Part shown: piece after piece, positions 52,115 through 64,000 of the stretch | Numbering within the stretch: position 1 is the stretch's first letter | How the letters are laid out: each line of letters starts with the position of its first letter | Source of the DNA: Octopus sinensis | Taxonomy: Eukaryota | Assembly: GCF_006345805.1 (NCBI RefSeq) | Contig: NC_043008.1 | Coordinates: 35,340,001-35,404,000 of the forward strand | Direction of reading: 5' to 3' | DNA: 64,000 nt | The notes under the pieces: model-generated | Databases searched by the model: none | What the model saw: the letters and a program-made list of their open reading frames with translations, nothing else | What the model was told of the DNA's origin: nothing | Program-made: the position numbers and the translations under genes

Positions 52115-53095
52115 TTTTATCTCTTACTTGTTGTAGTCATTGGACTGCGGCCATGCTGGAGCACCACCTTAAAGAGTTCAAGCGAACAAATGGACTGCAG
52201 AATTTATTTATTTATGCATATTTATTTATTTATTTTGAAAGCCTTGCACTTATTCAATCGAAACCCTTTACTGAACTGCTAAGTTATGGGTACATAAAGA
52301 AAACAACACCAATTGTCAGTCGGTGGTGATGAACTAACACAAACCCTCAAACACGCTAGCATAGTCTAACACACACACACACACAAACAAACAGACACAA
52401 ACATACACAAACACACGTATAGATAGATACAAAGATATACATATATACATACATACATAAATATATACATACATACACACATACATACATATGCAACAGT
52501 TCTCTTTCACTTTACAAAATCCGCTCACAAGGGTTTAGTAAGCCCGGCGCTATAAGTAGAAGGTATCTGTCCAAAGTGTTACGCTGTGGAACTGAACCCG
52601 AAGCCGTCTTATTGGGATGCCCTCTTCTTACCACTCAGCCATATTCAAGTATTTTTTAAATAAATGATTGTGAGTTGACCTTGCAATGCAAAATACACTT
52701 TACATAACAAATTAATCATAGGCGCAGGTATGACTGTATGGTAAGACATTTGCTTCCCAGCCACGTGGTTCAAGGTTCAGTCCCACTGCGTGGCACCTTG
52801 GTGCAAGTGTCTTCTATTATACCTTAGGGCCGACCAAAGCCTTCTGAATTGATTTGGTAAACGGAAAATGAAAGAAGCCCGTCACTTGTGTATGTATGTG
52901 TGCGTGCGTGTGTCTTTGTATCTGTCCCCCCCCCCAACGCTTGGTGAGTTTACACCCCTGTAACCTAGCGGTTCACCGATTGAAGAACTACCAGATTTTA
53001 AACAAAAGTACTGGGGTCGATTCGTTCGACTAAAATTCTTCAAGACGGTGCTCCAGTATGGCCACAGTCTAATGACAGAAACAAGTGAAACATAA
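52115..53095. mobile_element. Two divergently oriented family A SINEs (52115-52640 minus, 52720-53095 plus)
   Basis: Both align to 35488-35937. Confidence 0.8.
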
Positions 53096-53669
53096 TGTTG
53101 TTCAACTGTTTGTGCGTGCCATGATTAAACACCCTTGATCTCAGTGACCTCTAGTGTACGTTATAGTATTTCCGTTTTATGGTTTATATTCTCGATATAT
53201 CAGTATCATATGAGGAGTGGTTGAAGCTATAATATATCTAAAAGGTTTCTTTGCTTTATCCTTTTTAATAACATACGATAACAAGTTCACATCCTATTTT
53301 CAGTACATTGACAGAGCCTCTGCGTAGTCGCACAACATAGGAGAAAGGGTGACCAAATCGTCCTCAAATCACGTCCTCCACCCGCCCACCATCGTCTTAA
53401 TACGCTGGGAAATGTAGATAATCCTCTCTACAGTACTCATAAGACCGGAAATTTTGTTGGAAGGGATTAGTCGATTGCAGTGACGCCTGCGCTCAACTGG
53501 GATATATGTTATCGACTCCGAAAGAATAAAAAGCAATGTTGACCTCCGTGGTATTTGAACTCAAAACGTAAAGCCGGAGGAAATGCCAGTAACCATTTTG
53601 TCTGGCTCGGTAACGGTTCTGCCGACTGGTTGACGTTATATAATGTAGATAAAAAAATGAATAAATGCG

Positions 53670-53897
53670 CCCTTTTTAAAGCCTAGCCAGGCTCATGGGC
53701 CCGGTGTCCCGGTTTCAATGGCGTATGTGTTCCCGCCAGTCCATCGCAGCGTTACTCATTTTTGCCAGCTGAGTGGACTGGAGCAACCTGAAATGAAGTG
53801 TTTTGCTCAAGAATACAACGCATCGCCCGGTCCAGGAATCGAAACCACAATCTTACGATCATGGTGCTGATACCGTAACCACTTAGCCACGCGCCTC
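53670..53897 (-). mobile_element. Family C SINE
   Basis: A/B boxes and CORE-like block; close match to 62485-62730. Confidence 0.85.
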
Positions 53898-54483
53898 CAC
53901 ATATAATGTAGATAATAGTTTCAAATCTTGGCCCAGGGTCAGTAGCTTTTGGGGAGAAGATCAAGTCGATTACAGCGATCCCAGTACTTGACAGAGAGTT
54001 ATTTTATCCACCGGGAAAAGATGAAAGGTGGAGTCGACATTGGCGTTAGATAATGTAGATAATGTAGATAATTAACAATATAGTCCTAGATTCCTTTATA
54101 AAATGTGGTGGTTACGGCTGGAATGTCTTTGATTATACAATAATGGTTAGCGATAAATTAGCAATCGTATCAAGAGAATTCTTTTAAACTGCTTAAAGAT
54201 CGTTCAAGCTGGGATAAGTTCCAATAAAACACTTCACTTTGCTACAAATGACGTCTTTTTATAGAAGTAGGATTAACTGCAAAGGATTAATTAGCGAAAG
54301 ATATGCTGTCCAAACAAACATTCGTTCAACATTCCAGCACAACCATTGGACTCATTCCAATCTCATTAAACCACTCAAGACATACAAACCAATGGGGGAG
54401 AGCTCATTCGACCTGGTAGTAACAGTAGCTAAATCTCCCTCAAATCACATACTCTCTTTAAAAAAGGAGAGAGAGAGAGAGAG

Positions 54484-54537
<54 letters not shown>

Positions 54538-54669
54538 GTAGAAAAGGGGAGAGGGAAAGAGAGAGAGAGAAACGTACGTACACGTCACAGACGTCACGCC
54601 TGAAAATCAGATGACGGAAGTCACAATTGGGACATCATTAACCTAGAGTTCTTTTCGATTACATACACA

Positions 54670-54714
<45 letters not shown>

Positions 54715-55220
54715 ACACACACATGCATACATGCATACACATACATACATACATACATACATACATACATACATACATACATAGGAATGTGTTACTGAAA
54801 TAACAGTAAAATAATTGAGGATGAATGGATAAATAAAGACTTCTCGTTTCTTTCATGTTTAGATGGGATTAACAGAACGATTTGTTTCATTTGACTTATA
54901 AATGCTAATATTTACATAGCTACCGAATAAAAAAAAGTGTGTTTGCTTTAAAGCTTCTTGGGTATATATGTTATCTTTTGTGTATGTATGTGTGTTTTAT
55001 TTTGTGTTTTGCTGTTTGTTTCCAGAGAGATATAATACGTTGGCAGACAATGAATTAACAAAACATTTCCCATCATTGATAAATCCTCACAGAACACAAT
55101 CTAAAATTTGTTTACTGAACGCTCGTTATGTTTCAGATTAAATCCAAGTGGTTCTTCACCTTAGCTAGAGGTTATGACTGAGTAAAGAATCAAAAGTGAT
55201 TATTTGATTTAGTAGACATA

Positions 55221-55598
55221 TCTCTCTATATATATAAAGCTGAAGTTGTTTGTGTAAGGCTAGGTTCGGTAGCCTTCAACTAACATTATCTGCTCCGTGA
55301 CTCTGCGGCGCAAGTTGACCAAAATTGAAAGTATGATAGAAGAAGGTTTGCTCTTCCCTCCGTAGAAGAAAACATTCAAATCGGAGCATTATTTACAAAA
55401 ATTATTTACATCAAAAAGATGCTTTTTTCTATGAAAATTCCTATTTTTTACGATATTTTGACTGATGTGTCACCATTTTTCGGTGTATTTCAACCTGTAA
55501 GAGAATAACAAGCTACATAATGCAAAATATTTTCTTTTCAAAAATTCCAATTCTAAAGGGTCGAAACAAACCCGAGCAAAACCGGGCATTACTGCTAG
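55221..55598 (+). mobile_element. Non-autonomous Helitron (378 bp)
   Basis: A|TC 5' end followed by TATATATAAAG; subterminal hairpin CCCG...CGGG (55571-55586); CTAG|T 3' end. Confidence 0.7.
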
Positions 55599-55989
55599 TA
55601 TAAATATAGGTTGAGGCTGACCAATAAATCTGATAAATATAAAATGCTGTTCAAATTATTTGTTTATGCAACAACAACAATAGAATAGCTGAAACGCTAC
55701 ACTGTTAAAATTAATGTATTTTTGCCAGTTTTAGCTCCATCTTTGCATCGTTCCAGATTCTGAACTCAGATTCATTAACACGGGGTTTGAATTATATCCA
55801 TCCATGTTCGATAAAATAGTACCACTCATGTATGGACTTGAATCGATTCAAACTCTCTAGTTTAACACCACCATCACATGACAAATTGAAGCATTCAGTC
55901 CAATCGCCTGGTAAAGAAAGATTATCTCCCTTTTCTTCTCTAGTCTAAAAACCCTGAAAGAAGGCTCACGGTTGCCTGGCTACACCGTA

Positions 55990-56262
55990 GATATATATAA
56001 AATTAGTCTCCAGCTGATGGAAAGGATGGTCTGGTGTTTGTTTATATATATATATCTTCCGTCGCACACCTGTGACCTCCTCAGCGAACACTTTCCGTCT
56101 TCGTTCGTGCTCTTGCTCTGCATATTCCATTCTCTTGAGAGTTATATACAGAATGGAATAAACAGAGCAAGAGCACACACGAAGACGGAAAGTGTCGCTG
56201 ACGAGGTCACAGATGTGTGTTTATTTGACAAAAAGAAAAAAAATGACCACCCTGATATACAG

Positions 56263-56327
<65 letters not shown>

Positions 56328-56529
56328 GCAGATCATGTTTATTGCCAACAAACAAACACCCGACCGTCCTTTCCATTAGCTGGAGACTAATTTTAGATAT
56401 TAATTGTATTTTTTTTTTAAATATATATTATCTTCCCTTTTCTTTGAGTGTTGCTAAAAATTGCTTCAATGTTTCCGAGTTTTCCATCTTAGCAGAAATT
56501 TTAGTAAGTTATGAATTTATTGTGCGTGG

Positions 56530-56560
<31 letters not shown>

Positions 56561-57045
56561 ATATATATATTGCTGTATTTCGGAGTGGTCATTTTTTTCT
56601 TTTTGCTAAATATACACACGCACTATATGTTCGTTCTTCACTTAATACAGTTCGATATTTACCCGTCGAATGTAAATAATGTAAATAATGTAAATAACTT
56701 TCTTCACTTGTTTATTACTGTTCTTATTCGAACTCATGTCCTTTGTTCAGAAATCTTTCGTCGCACGTCTGTGACCACTTCAGTGACACTTTCCGTCTTC
56801 GTGTGTGCTCTTGCTCTGTTTATTACATTCTGTATATAACTCTCAAAGGGAATGGAAGAAGCAGAGGAAGAGAACGAACGAAGATGGAGAGTGTTCGCTG
56901 AGGAGGTCACAGATGTGCGACGGAAGATTTCCAGGCAATGGACCTGAGTTAGAATAAGAACAGTAATACAATAAATGAAGAACGAATATGTAGTGCGTGT
57001 GCTTATTTGGCAAAAATAGATCGTCCCGAAATACAACAATATCTG
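55990..57045. mobile_element. Two related foldback MITEs in opposite orientation (55990-56400 and 56567-57045)
   Basis: Outer TIR AAAATTAGTCTCCAGCT / AGCTGGAGACTAATTTT; shared internal IR CTGTGACC...CACTTTCCGTCTTCGT...GCTCTTGCTCTG. Confidence 0.8.
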
Positions 57046-57102
57046 TTTCAACAGACGACTTCACATCAGAAATTTTGCAACACAAATTCATAAACGTATG
57101 TG

Positions 57103-57175
<73 letters not shown>

Positions 57176-57452
57176 GGTATATATTTGCAAAAGTGATCGT
57201 AACGTAGCACAGTTCTGCAACAAGCAGCAAATCTATTAATCTAGACAACTGATTAAGAAAAGATAAACACTAAGCAGCGATTGCTAAAGTAAACTGTGTA
57301 CATTTATATTTAACTCGTTCGTTCACGCTGAGACGGACGTGCAAAGATCTTTGATGCGTGCAGTAACTGTCTCTGCTTGACATCCATATATATACATACA
57401 TACATACATGCATAAATACACACACACACACACACATATATATATGTATATG

Positions 57453-57486
<34 letters not shown>

Positions 57487-58087
57487 GATATATGTATTTA
57501 TGTATTTTTGTATGTGAACATATATGTATGATAACCAGAGGGTGAAAATCAATATCTAAAAGTCATTTTTAGTTTCCCGCACATTTTCTAAATCAGGGAG
57601 TTGTATATGGGTAACTTTCAGCATGAACATGTGTACGTCAGTGTTTAAGGGACAAAGAATTCTCGAGGGCCGCTGTTCTAGACAGAAAAGAGCAGATAAA
57701 ATTTTTTGAGTAAGGCCTGACCTGTGAACAAAATAAAGGTTATGGGAGAAAGGAACAGAGGGAGAAAAGTTTGAATAGACGGAGCTGTTATGCTGCGAGA
57801 TATTTCAGAGAAGCAGATGCCCTTTCCTCAGATGGAAGAAACACAGAGAAGAGAAAACACATTTGTTGAAGACTATTGGTTGTTGAAGTTTTGCTTATGT
57901 CAAAAATGTCAACGTTTGAATTTGAACCATCAATGTTTAGATTCTGCATTCTTTATTACTACTCCATCGAAATGGCTTAACCCAAACAATGGACTATTCA
58001 AAGCATATTCTGTTATAAAAAGCAAGAATATGTCCTTCTCGGGTGAGTGTTTCCACCTTTTTCTAAATAACTGTCTTCTTTATACTT

Positions 58088-58300
58088 GTTTCTTTACTAC
58101 CCACAAGGGGCTAAACACAGAGGAGACAAACAAGGACAGACAAACGAATTAAGTCGATTACACCGACCCCAGTGCGTAACTGGTACTTAATTTATCGACC
58201 CCGAAAGAATGAAAGGCAAAGTCGACCCCGGCGGAATTTGAACTCAGAACGTAACGGCAGACGAAATGCGGCTACGCATTTCGCCCGTGCTAACGTTTCT
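58088..58300 (-). mobile_element. Family B SINE
   Basis: Homology to 28575-28800. Confidence 0.85.
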
Positions 58301-59082
58301 GTCATGGATATTATTTGTGTCATTTCTCTTTCTCTTCCATTCAGCAATATACAACAAATTGTCTTCTTTTAGAATTTGTCTAAGATGTCGATGTGTGAAG
58401 CATCAATAGCGCTATCTCATATATGTGAATAATATTGCATTGTGGGTCCTCATTGAACTTTCTAGAAGTTCAACAACCGAACAGAGCTGAAGTATTTGTT
58501 GGTCTAAAGTGTGATCTTAGATTTTGATAAGCAGTTATAGCTGTGTGATATAAGTAGATCTTTGCCTTTATAACAACTCAGATGGTTTTAATTGTATGTT
58601 GCTCCTAGGAGAGAATGTGTGGTACAAAACTGTTTACGTGATAATTGTAGTCAATGAATCTTTTTGAATGTTTGTACAGTTGAAAGAGATAAAGTTGTCA
58701 TGTGATTAAAGAATGCTCTCCAGGTTTCATACAGCGTGATTCAGAAGAGCCTTTAGTATTTAAATGATACATATAATTAAAATGCTAAATGGACTTTTGA
58801 TTCCCTGGTACACGTCTGTGCTGTGTGGTTTAAATTGCGTGAGGATGACGCCTCTTCACCTAAGGTTAATGAGGAGTGAAGCATGCATTATCTGCATAAA
58901 TGAATGTCCTGTTAAAAGCGACATTAAATTCATCATTAACGTAGAAAATGGAATGAGTGGGAGACATTAGAGAAGATTAAACTATGACAGTCAAATAGAG
59001 GACATCTCCGTCCTCATACATTGCAAAAGTACGTGAATCTTCCGATTCTTTGTTTGTGGCTACGTCCTCTCTCACTCTTTCC

Positions 59083-59161
<79 letters not shown>

Positions 59162-61103
59162 ATGTATTTTACTGTTTGAATCACATTAGTTAAATTCCTA
59201 CGGGAATACGGAAAATACCCTTGATTATCCGGGTGAGTGATTCTGGGCGACAATGCTTTCACAGCTTCTAAATAAAGCTGGTTGTCATTAAATAGTTACC
59301 AACTCATTCTCATTGGTCTAGGTCACATGGTGGGATGAGTAGGTATCGTCTGCCGCTGACTGGCGACAAAGCTACTGACTACTGACAACTCCTGTACGAA
59401 ACTTTCTGCTGAAGGAGTTTATGGCGTCTGGGGGGTTTTAGTTGAGACAACTTCAACACGATGGACAGGAATAGTCTATCTTCTTCTGCTTAGAGAGTCT
59501 AATATTAAGTTACAATAATATTTTTGCCAGTAGAATATGTGGAAGTATAGTTTATAGAAGTATCAGTAAACATTTATAGAAAGTATAACAGGTAATGACT
59601 TACAATTAGTTTCGTTGGTGATTCTAGAATGACAGCCTAGCTTTCGTGTAAATGGAAGTACTCACGTGCATCTGCCGCATGTCTCTCCAGAACAATGGTC
59701 TATCTGGTGACTCTACCCCACCTGATACTTTCCCCAGGATACTACACGCACTTAGAACCAGTGATATTAAGAGAAGATTTTGTTCAGCATACATTCTTCT
59801 TCAAGTCCAGGAAGAAAGAGCATTTCCTCCCTTTTTCTCTAGTTTTATTTGGAAACTAGATATTGCTCCGCTCGGTATAAACTAGAATATTCTCAACAAG
59901 GCCTCTTCCATTTTGTTTGGTAAGCATAGCTGTCGTTTTGTCTCTGTGAAAATTGCACATTATGCATCAGCTGTCTGTAAAAAAATTGAACTAGCAATCT
60001 GTGCGCAAAAGGAGGTTCTCTACTAATTAATTTTAAAACATTATCTGTTAATATTGCGCCATAAATTCCTCTCTGGGTTTATCAACAACCTATTATGTTA
60101 ATTTCTAACGTTGGGTTCAACTTCTCCTCTGTGTGTAATATGATGGGACTTGAGGTCTTCTCGCTTGACGTGTCCTAATTACACTATATGAAGACGAAGT
60201 CTATTGGATTATGGGACTCACCGCCTTAATGATGTATGTATTTATGCATGTGTATAAATAAGTGTATGACAATGTTGATATATGTCTATGTGTAGATGCA
60301 TAGAGAGAAAAAGAAACTGCAAAAGAATAGTAAACTTGACCATAGAAAGAATATAAAAATTTTGAAGTAAATAAAGGTACTTTTTATGTTCTTCCAATGT
60401 TTTATTGTCATACGTGTAATATTGAAACATTTTGAGGGAGACAGAAATGCCTTAAATTGGCCAATATAGAGATCAGGGTTTGCAAATTTTGCGCACCATC
60501 AACAGCGCAAATGATACTGCAGTATGAATAGATAGATGTGATAAAAATTGATATCTAGAAGAATAGATGTGTTTGATACAAATAAAAATAAACGAAGCTC
60601 AGCAGAAAGTTTGCGATGAATTCGACATATGACTTATCTGAGTTTTATCATAAGAAATGAGCGAGTTACTTATTTGTCAATTAGATTAGAAAGGGTTCGC
60701 TCTTACAAATCATGCAAATTCTACGAGATTCATTGTCTGTAGTTTTTACTCTTTCCTAATGCATTTTCTAGTTTTGTTGTAGGCTTTTGTTTATTATTGA
60801 TATTGTTATTGGTGTTATCACTGTTGCTGTCCAATCACACACCGGTCTGTTGAAGCCACGGTTTTAGTTCATTCACAATATCTGGTCGTAAATCATCCTA
60901 ATTCCTATCCTTGTCAATAGAATATAATTTAATCACTCAAGTAATTCTTGCTACAAACCAATTCTACTCTTCCACGTTTTATTCTCTATTATATTGTCTG
61001 TTCGAAGATTTAAAGGCTTTGCTTTATTTCATGTCACGAAGTAGCCAAATAATGGATCTGGAAATATATATGTGTGTGTGTGTATGTGTGTGGGTATGTG
61101 TAT

Positions 61104-61158
<55 letters not shown>

Positions 61159-61489
61159 TGTGTCTGTGTGTCTGTGTGTGATTGTCTTTCTAAAGATAAA
61201 CGCAATAACAATGAACTGAATCTGTTTCTAGCTTAAAAAAACACATCCAAAATTTGCTGAGGAAGAAAATAGTTTCCTGTTTTGTTTGTGGGCTTTTTTT
61301 TTGTTTGTTTTGTTATTAATTCTTAAAGCAACAACATTTTTTCTGGTAACTAAAACGTGTTGATTCTGATCCAGCAAACATTACATCGTGCATTGCTTGT
61401 GGCTGAGACATTGGGAGATTCTTATATGAACACATGCATACATATATAAACACATACACAAATGTATATTACACCACACACACATATTA

Positions 61490-61925
61490 TTTTATTCTTT
61501 TACTTGTTTCAGCCATTTGACGGCGGACATGCTGGAGCACCACCTTAAAGGGTTTTAGTCGAACAAATCGACTCAAAGACTTACTTTGTAAGCTTAGTAC
61601 TTATTCTGTCGGTTACTTTTGTCGAAGCGCTAGGTTACAAGTTACAAGTACGTAAATACACCAACACCGGTTGTCAAGCGGTGGGGTAGGGTACAAACAC
61701 AGACACACACACATAGATACAAACAAACAAACATATATGTATATATAAATAAATATATATATACACGACGGGCTTCTTTCAGTTTCCCTCTACCAAATCC
61801 ACTCACAAGGCTTTGATCGGCTCGAGGCTAGAGTAGAAGACACTTGTCCAAAGTGCCAAGCAGTGGGACTGAACTCAGAACCATGTGGTTGAGAAGCAAG
61901 CTTCTTACCACACAGCCACGACTGT
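61490..61925 (-). mobile_element. Family A SINE
   Basis: Homology to 35488-35937. Confidence 0.85.
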
Positions 61926-61927
61926 GT

Positions 61928-61988
<61 letters not shown>

Positions 61989-62039
61989 CGCGCACGCGCG
62001 TGTATGTATGTGTGTGTATACATACACACAATACATTAC

Positions 62040-62230
62040 AAGAATGTCGAACTATAGATTTCAGTCCGACACGTGTTTCCGCTGCATTGGCGTCCTAATG
62101 TTCATTGATGTTGCATTTACGTTGATCTGGATGGTTCTCTTGCAGTATATGTTCATTCGTGGTGGACGAATCTATGCAGCTTTATTGAAGTTTGTATCCG
62201 TACGGATTAAAATAAACTGCGCGCAATAAA
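62040..62230 (-). mobile_element. Penelope-like 3' end remnant with a decayed hammerhead
   Basis: FNPYGYKL resembles a GIY-YIG C-terminal FNRDxGYxL; then CGC(7 nt)GCG-GAAA-CACGTG-TC at 62065-62100. Confidence 0.45.
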
Positions 62231-62484
62231 CTTCATTCCTCTTTATGTTTTTTTTTTTTAACTTTTTTATCTCCACTTCATTTCCCCTTGATTCCTCTTA
62301 ATCTATCTCTATAATAACGTTCATTCTATCTTTATAATATGTAGCCCGCGAGGGAAATACGTACTGATTAAGTTAAGGCCTCTTCGAATAAAATTACATA
62401 ATCACTCTAATCCTTTAAATTCTTAAGAATCACTTTAAGTTTAAAATATAATAGAATATATATTTATTTTAATTACTTATGCAC

Positions 62485-62730
62485 CCTTTTTTCAAGCCTA
62501 GCCAGGCTCATGGGACCGGTTTCCCGGTTTCAATGGCGTATGTGTTCCCCAGCTGGACGGGACGACAGTCCATCGCAGCGTTATTCATTTTTGCCCGCTG
62601 GATGGGCAGGAGCAACGTGAAATGAAGTGTTTTGCTCAAGAACACAACGCGTCGCCCGGTCCAGGAATCGAAACCACAATCTTACAATCATGATGCTGAC
62701 ACCCTAACCACTAAGTCACGCGCTTCCACT
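62485..62730 (-). mobile_element. Family C SINE
   Basis: Same structure as 53670-53897. Confidence 0.85.
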
Positions 62731-63316
62731 AGAATATATAGCCTTTTCTTATTTAACAGCAAACTCTACTATCATTTACATTAAGCTTTTGTGGCTCTCC
62801 CACCCAAATTATATTTGAATAGAACTTTCAAAGACAGAATTCCTCAGTACGCTTCAGCAACTCGCACGAGTATAGCCTTGAAGAAAACTGCATAGAGACG
62901 TCTACTCTGGTCTATAAATACCGCAATTGAACCACCCAGATGCACATAAGCGTTGCATATTGGACACTTATGCAGCAGAAATACGTGACAGGCTGAAATT
63001 TTAAAGTGAATGATTTGTAAATAATACTGTAAGAAACAGGTTTTGAGGTTGTATAATTCTACATTCTTTTTTTATGATGTTTTGATTATATATTCTGATT
63101 TCTGATTTCTATAAAATACAAGGAGTGAAATCAGGATTTATCTGTCGAATGATGTACCATGTAATTTTTTTTATCTGAAACGATTTATATATATATATAT
63201 ATATATATTACTTGTCACTCGATGTGGGTAGCCAGATGTGGATTATATCAGAGTGCTAATAAGGTACCAAATCTTTTACGTTATGTATAAATATATGTAT
63301 TTACATATATGCATGT

Positions 63317-63660
63317 GAAGGCGCATGGCTCAGTGGTTAGAGCGTCGAGCTTACGATCGTGAGGTTGTGAGCTCGAATCCCGGACCGGGCTGCGTGTTGT
63401 GTTCTCGAGCAAGGCACTTTATTTCACGTTGCTCCAGTTCACTCAGCTGTAGAAATGAGTTGCGACGTCACAGGTGCCAAGCTGTATCGGCCCTTGCCTT
63501 TCCCTTGGACAACATCGGTGACGTGGAGAGGGGAGGCCGGTATGCATGGGCGACTGCTGGTCTTCCATAAAACAACCTTGCCCAGACTTGTGCCTCAGAG
63601 GGTATCTCTCTAGGTGCAAACCCATGGTCAGTGCCTGACCGAAGGGGGTCTTTACCCTTA
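63317..63660 (+). mobile_element. Family C-headed SINE with a different 3' half
   Basis: TGGCTCAGTGG A-box, TCGAATCCC B-box, CORE-like block, then an unrelated tail. Confidence 0.8.
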
Positions 63661-63799
63661 CATATATGCATGTTTACATATACATATATATGTGTGTGTG
63701 TGTGTGTGTGCATGTGCGTGTACATATAAGTATGCATGTACACCTATATGTACATACATATATTTATATATACACATACATGCGCGCGCAGATACACAC

Positions 63800-63801
<2 letters not shown>

Positions 63802-63830
<29 letters not shown>

Positions 63831-64000
63831 TGTATGTATGTATGTATGTATGTATGTATGTATGTATGTATGTATGTATGTATGTATGTATGTATGTATG
63901 TATGTATGTATGTATGTATGTATGTATGTATGTATGTATGTATGTATGTATGTATGTATGTATGTATGTATGTATGTATGTATGTATGTATGTATGTATG
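63802..64000. repeat. Perfect (TATG)n running off the window end
   Basis: Direct inspection. Confidence 0.95.

Noticed and set aside
59550-60180. Possible old RTE fragment on the minus strand
   Set aside because: Too degenerate to support by eye
63317-63390. tRNA gene
   Set aside because: The acceptor stem does not close and it continues into a multicopy SINE body

Overview
AT-rich, repeat-saturated eukaryotic DNA, probably intergenic or intronic. The SINE families, microsatellite load and LINE content suggest a cephalopod (Octopus-like) genome; this is an inference. I found no host protein-coding gene, and nearly all ORFs in the track are translated microsatellites. Recognisable coding remnants are all from transposons: a 5'-truncated RTE LINE with three C-terminal C2H2 fingers, several R4/Dong LINEs nested in (TAA)n or ending in (CATA)n, a decayed Tx1/L1-like LINE, a CR1-like 3' end, Penelope-like RT and GIY-YIG remnants, two mariner transposons and a Chapaev3-like fragment. 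Non-coding elements include a small Helitron, several foldback MITEs, three SINE families and two long palindromes. The most unusual signal is a ~1.04 kb non-coding element (36525-37563) with 269-bp near-identical direct repeats. Each repeat carries the three hammerhead-ribozyme strands in a non-circularly permuted order, making it a retrozyme-like candidate, though stem II is imperfect. Several Penelope-type minimal hammerhead motifs with variant cores also occur.
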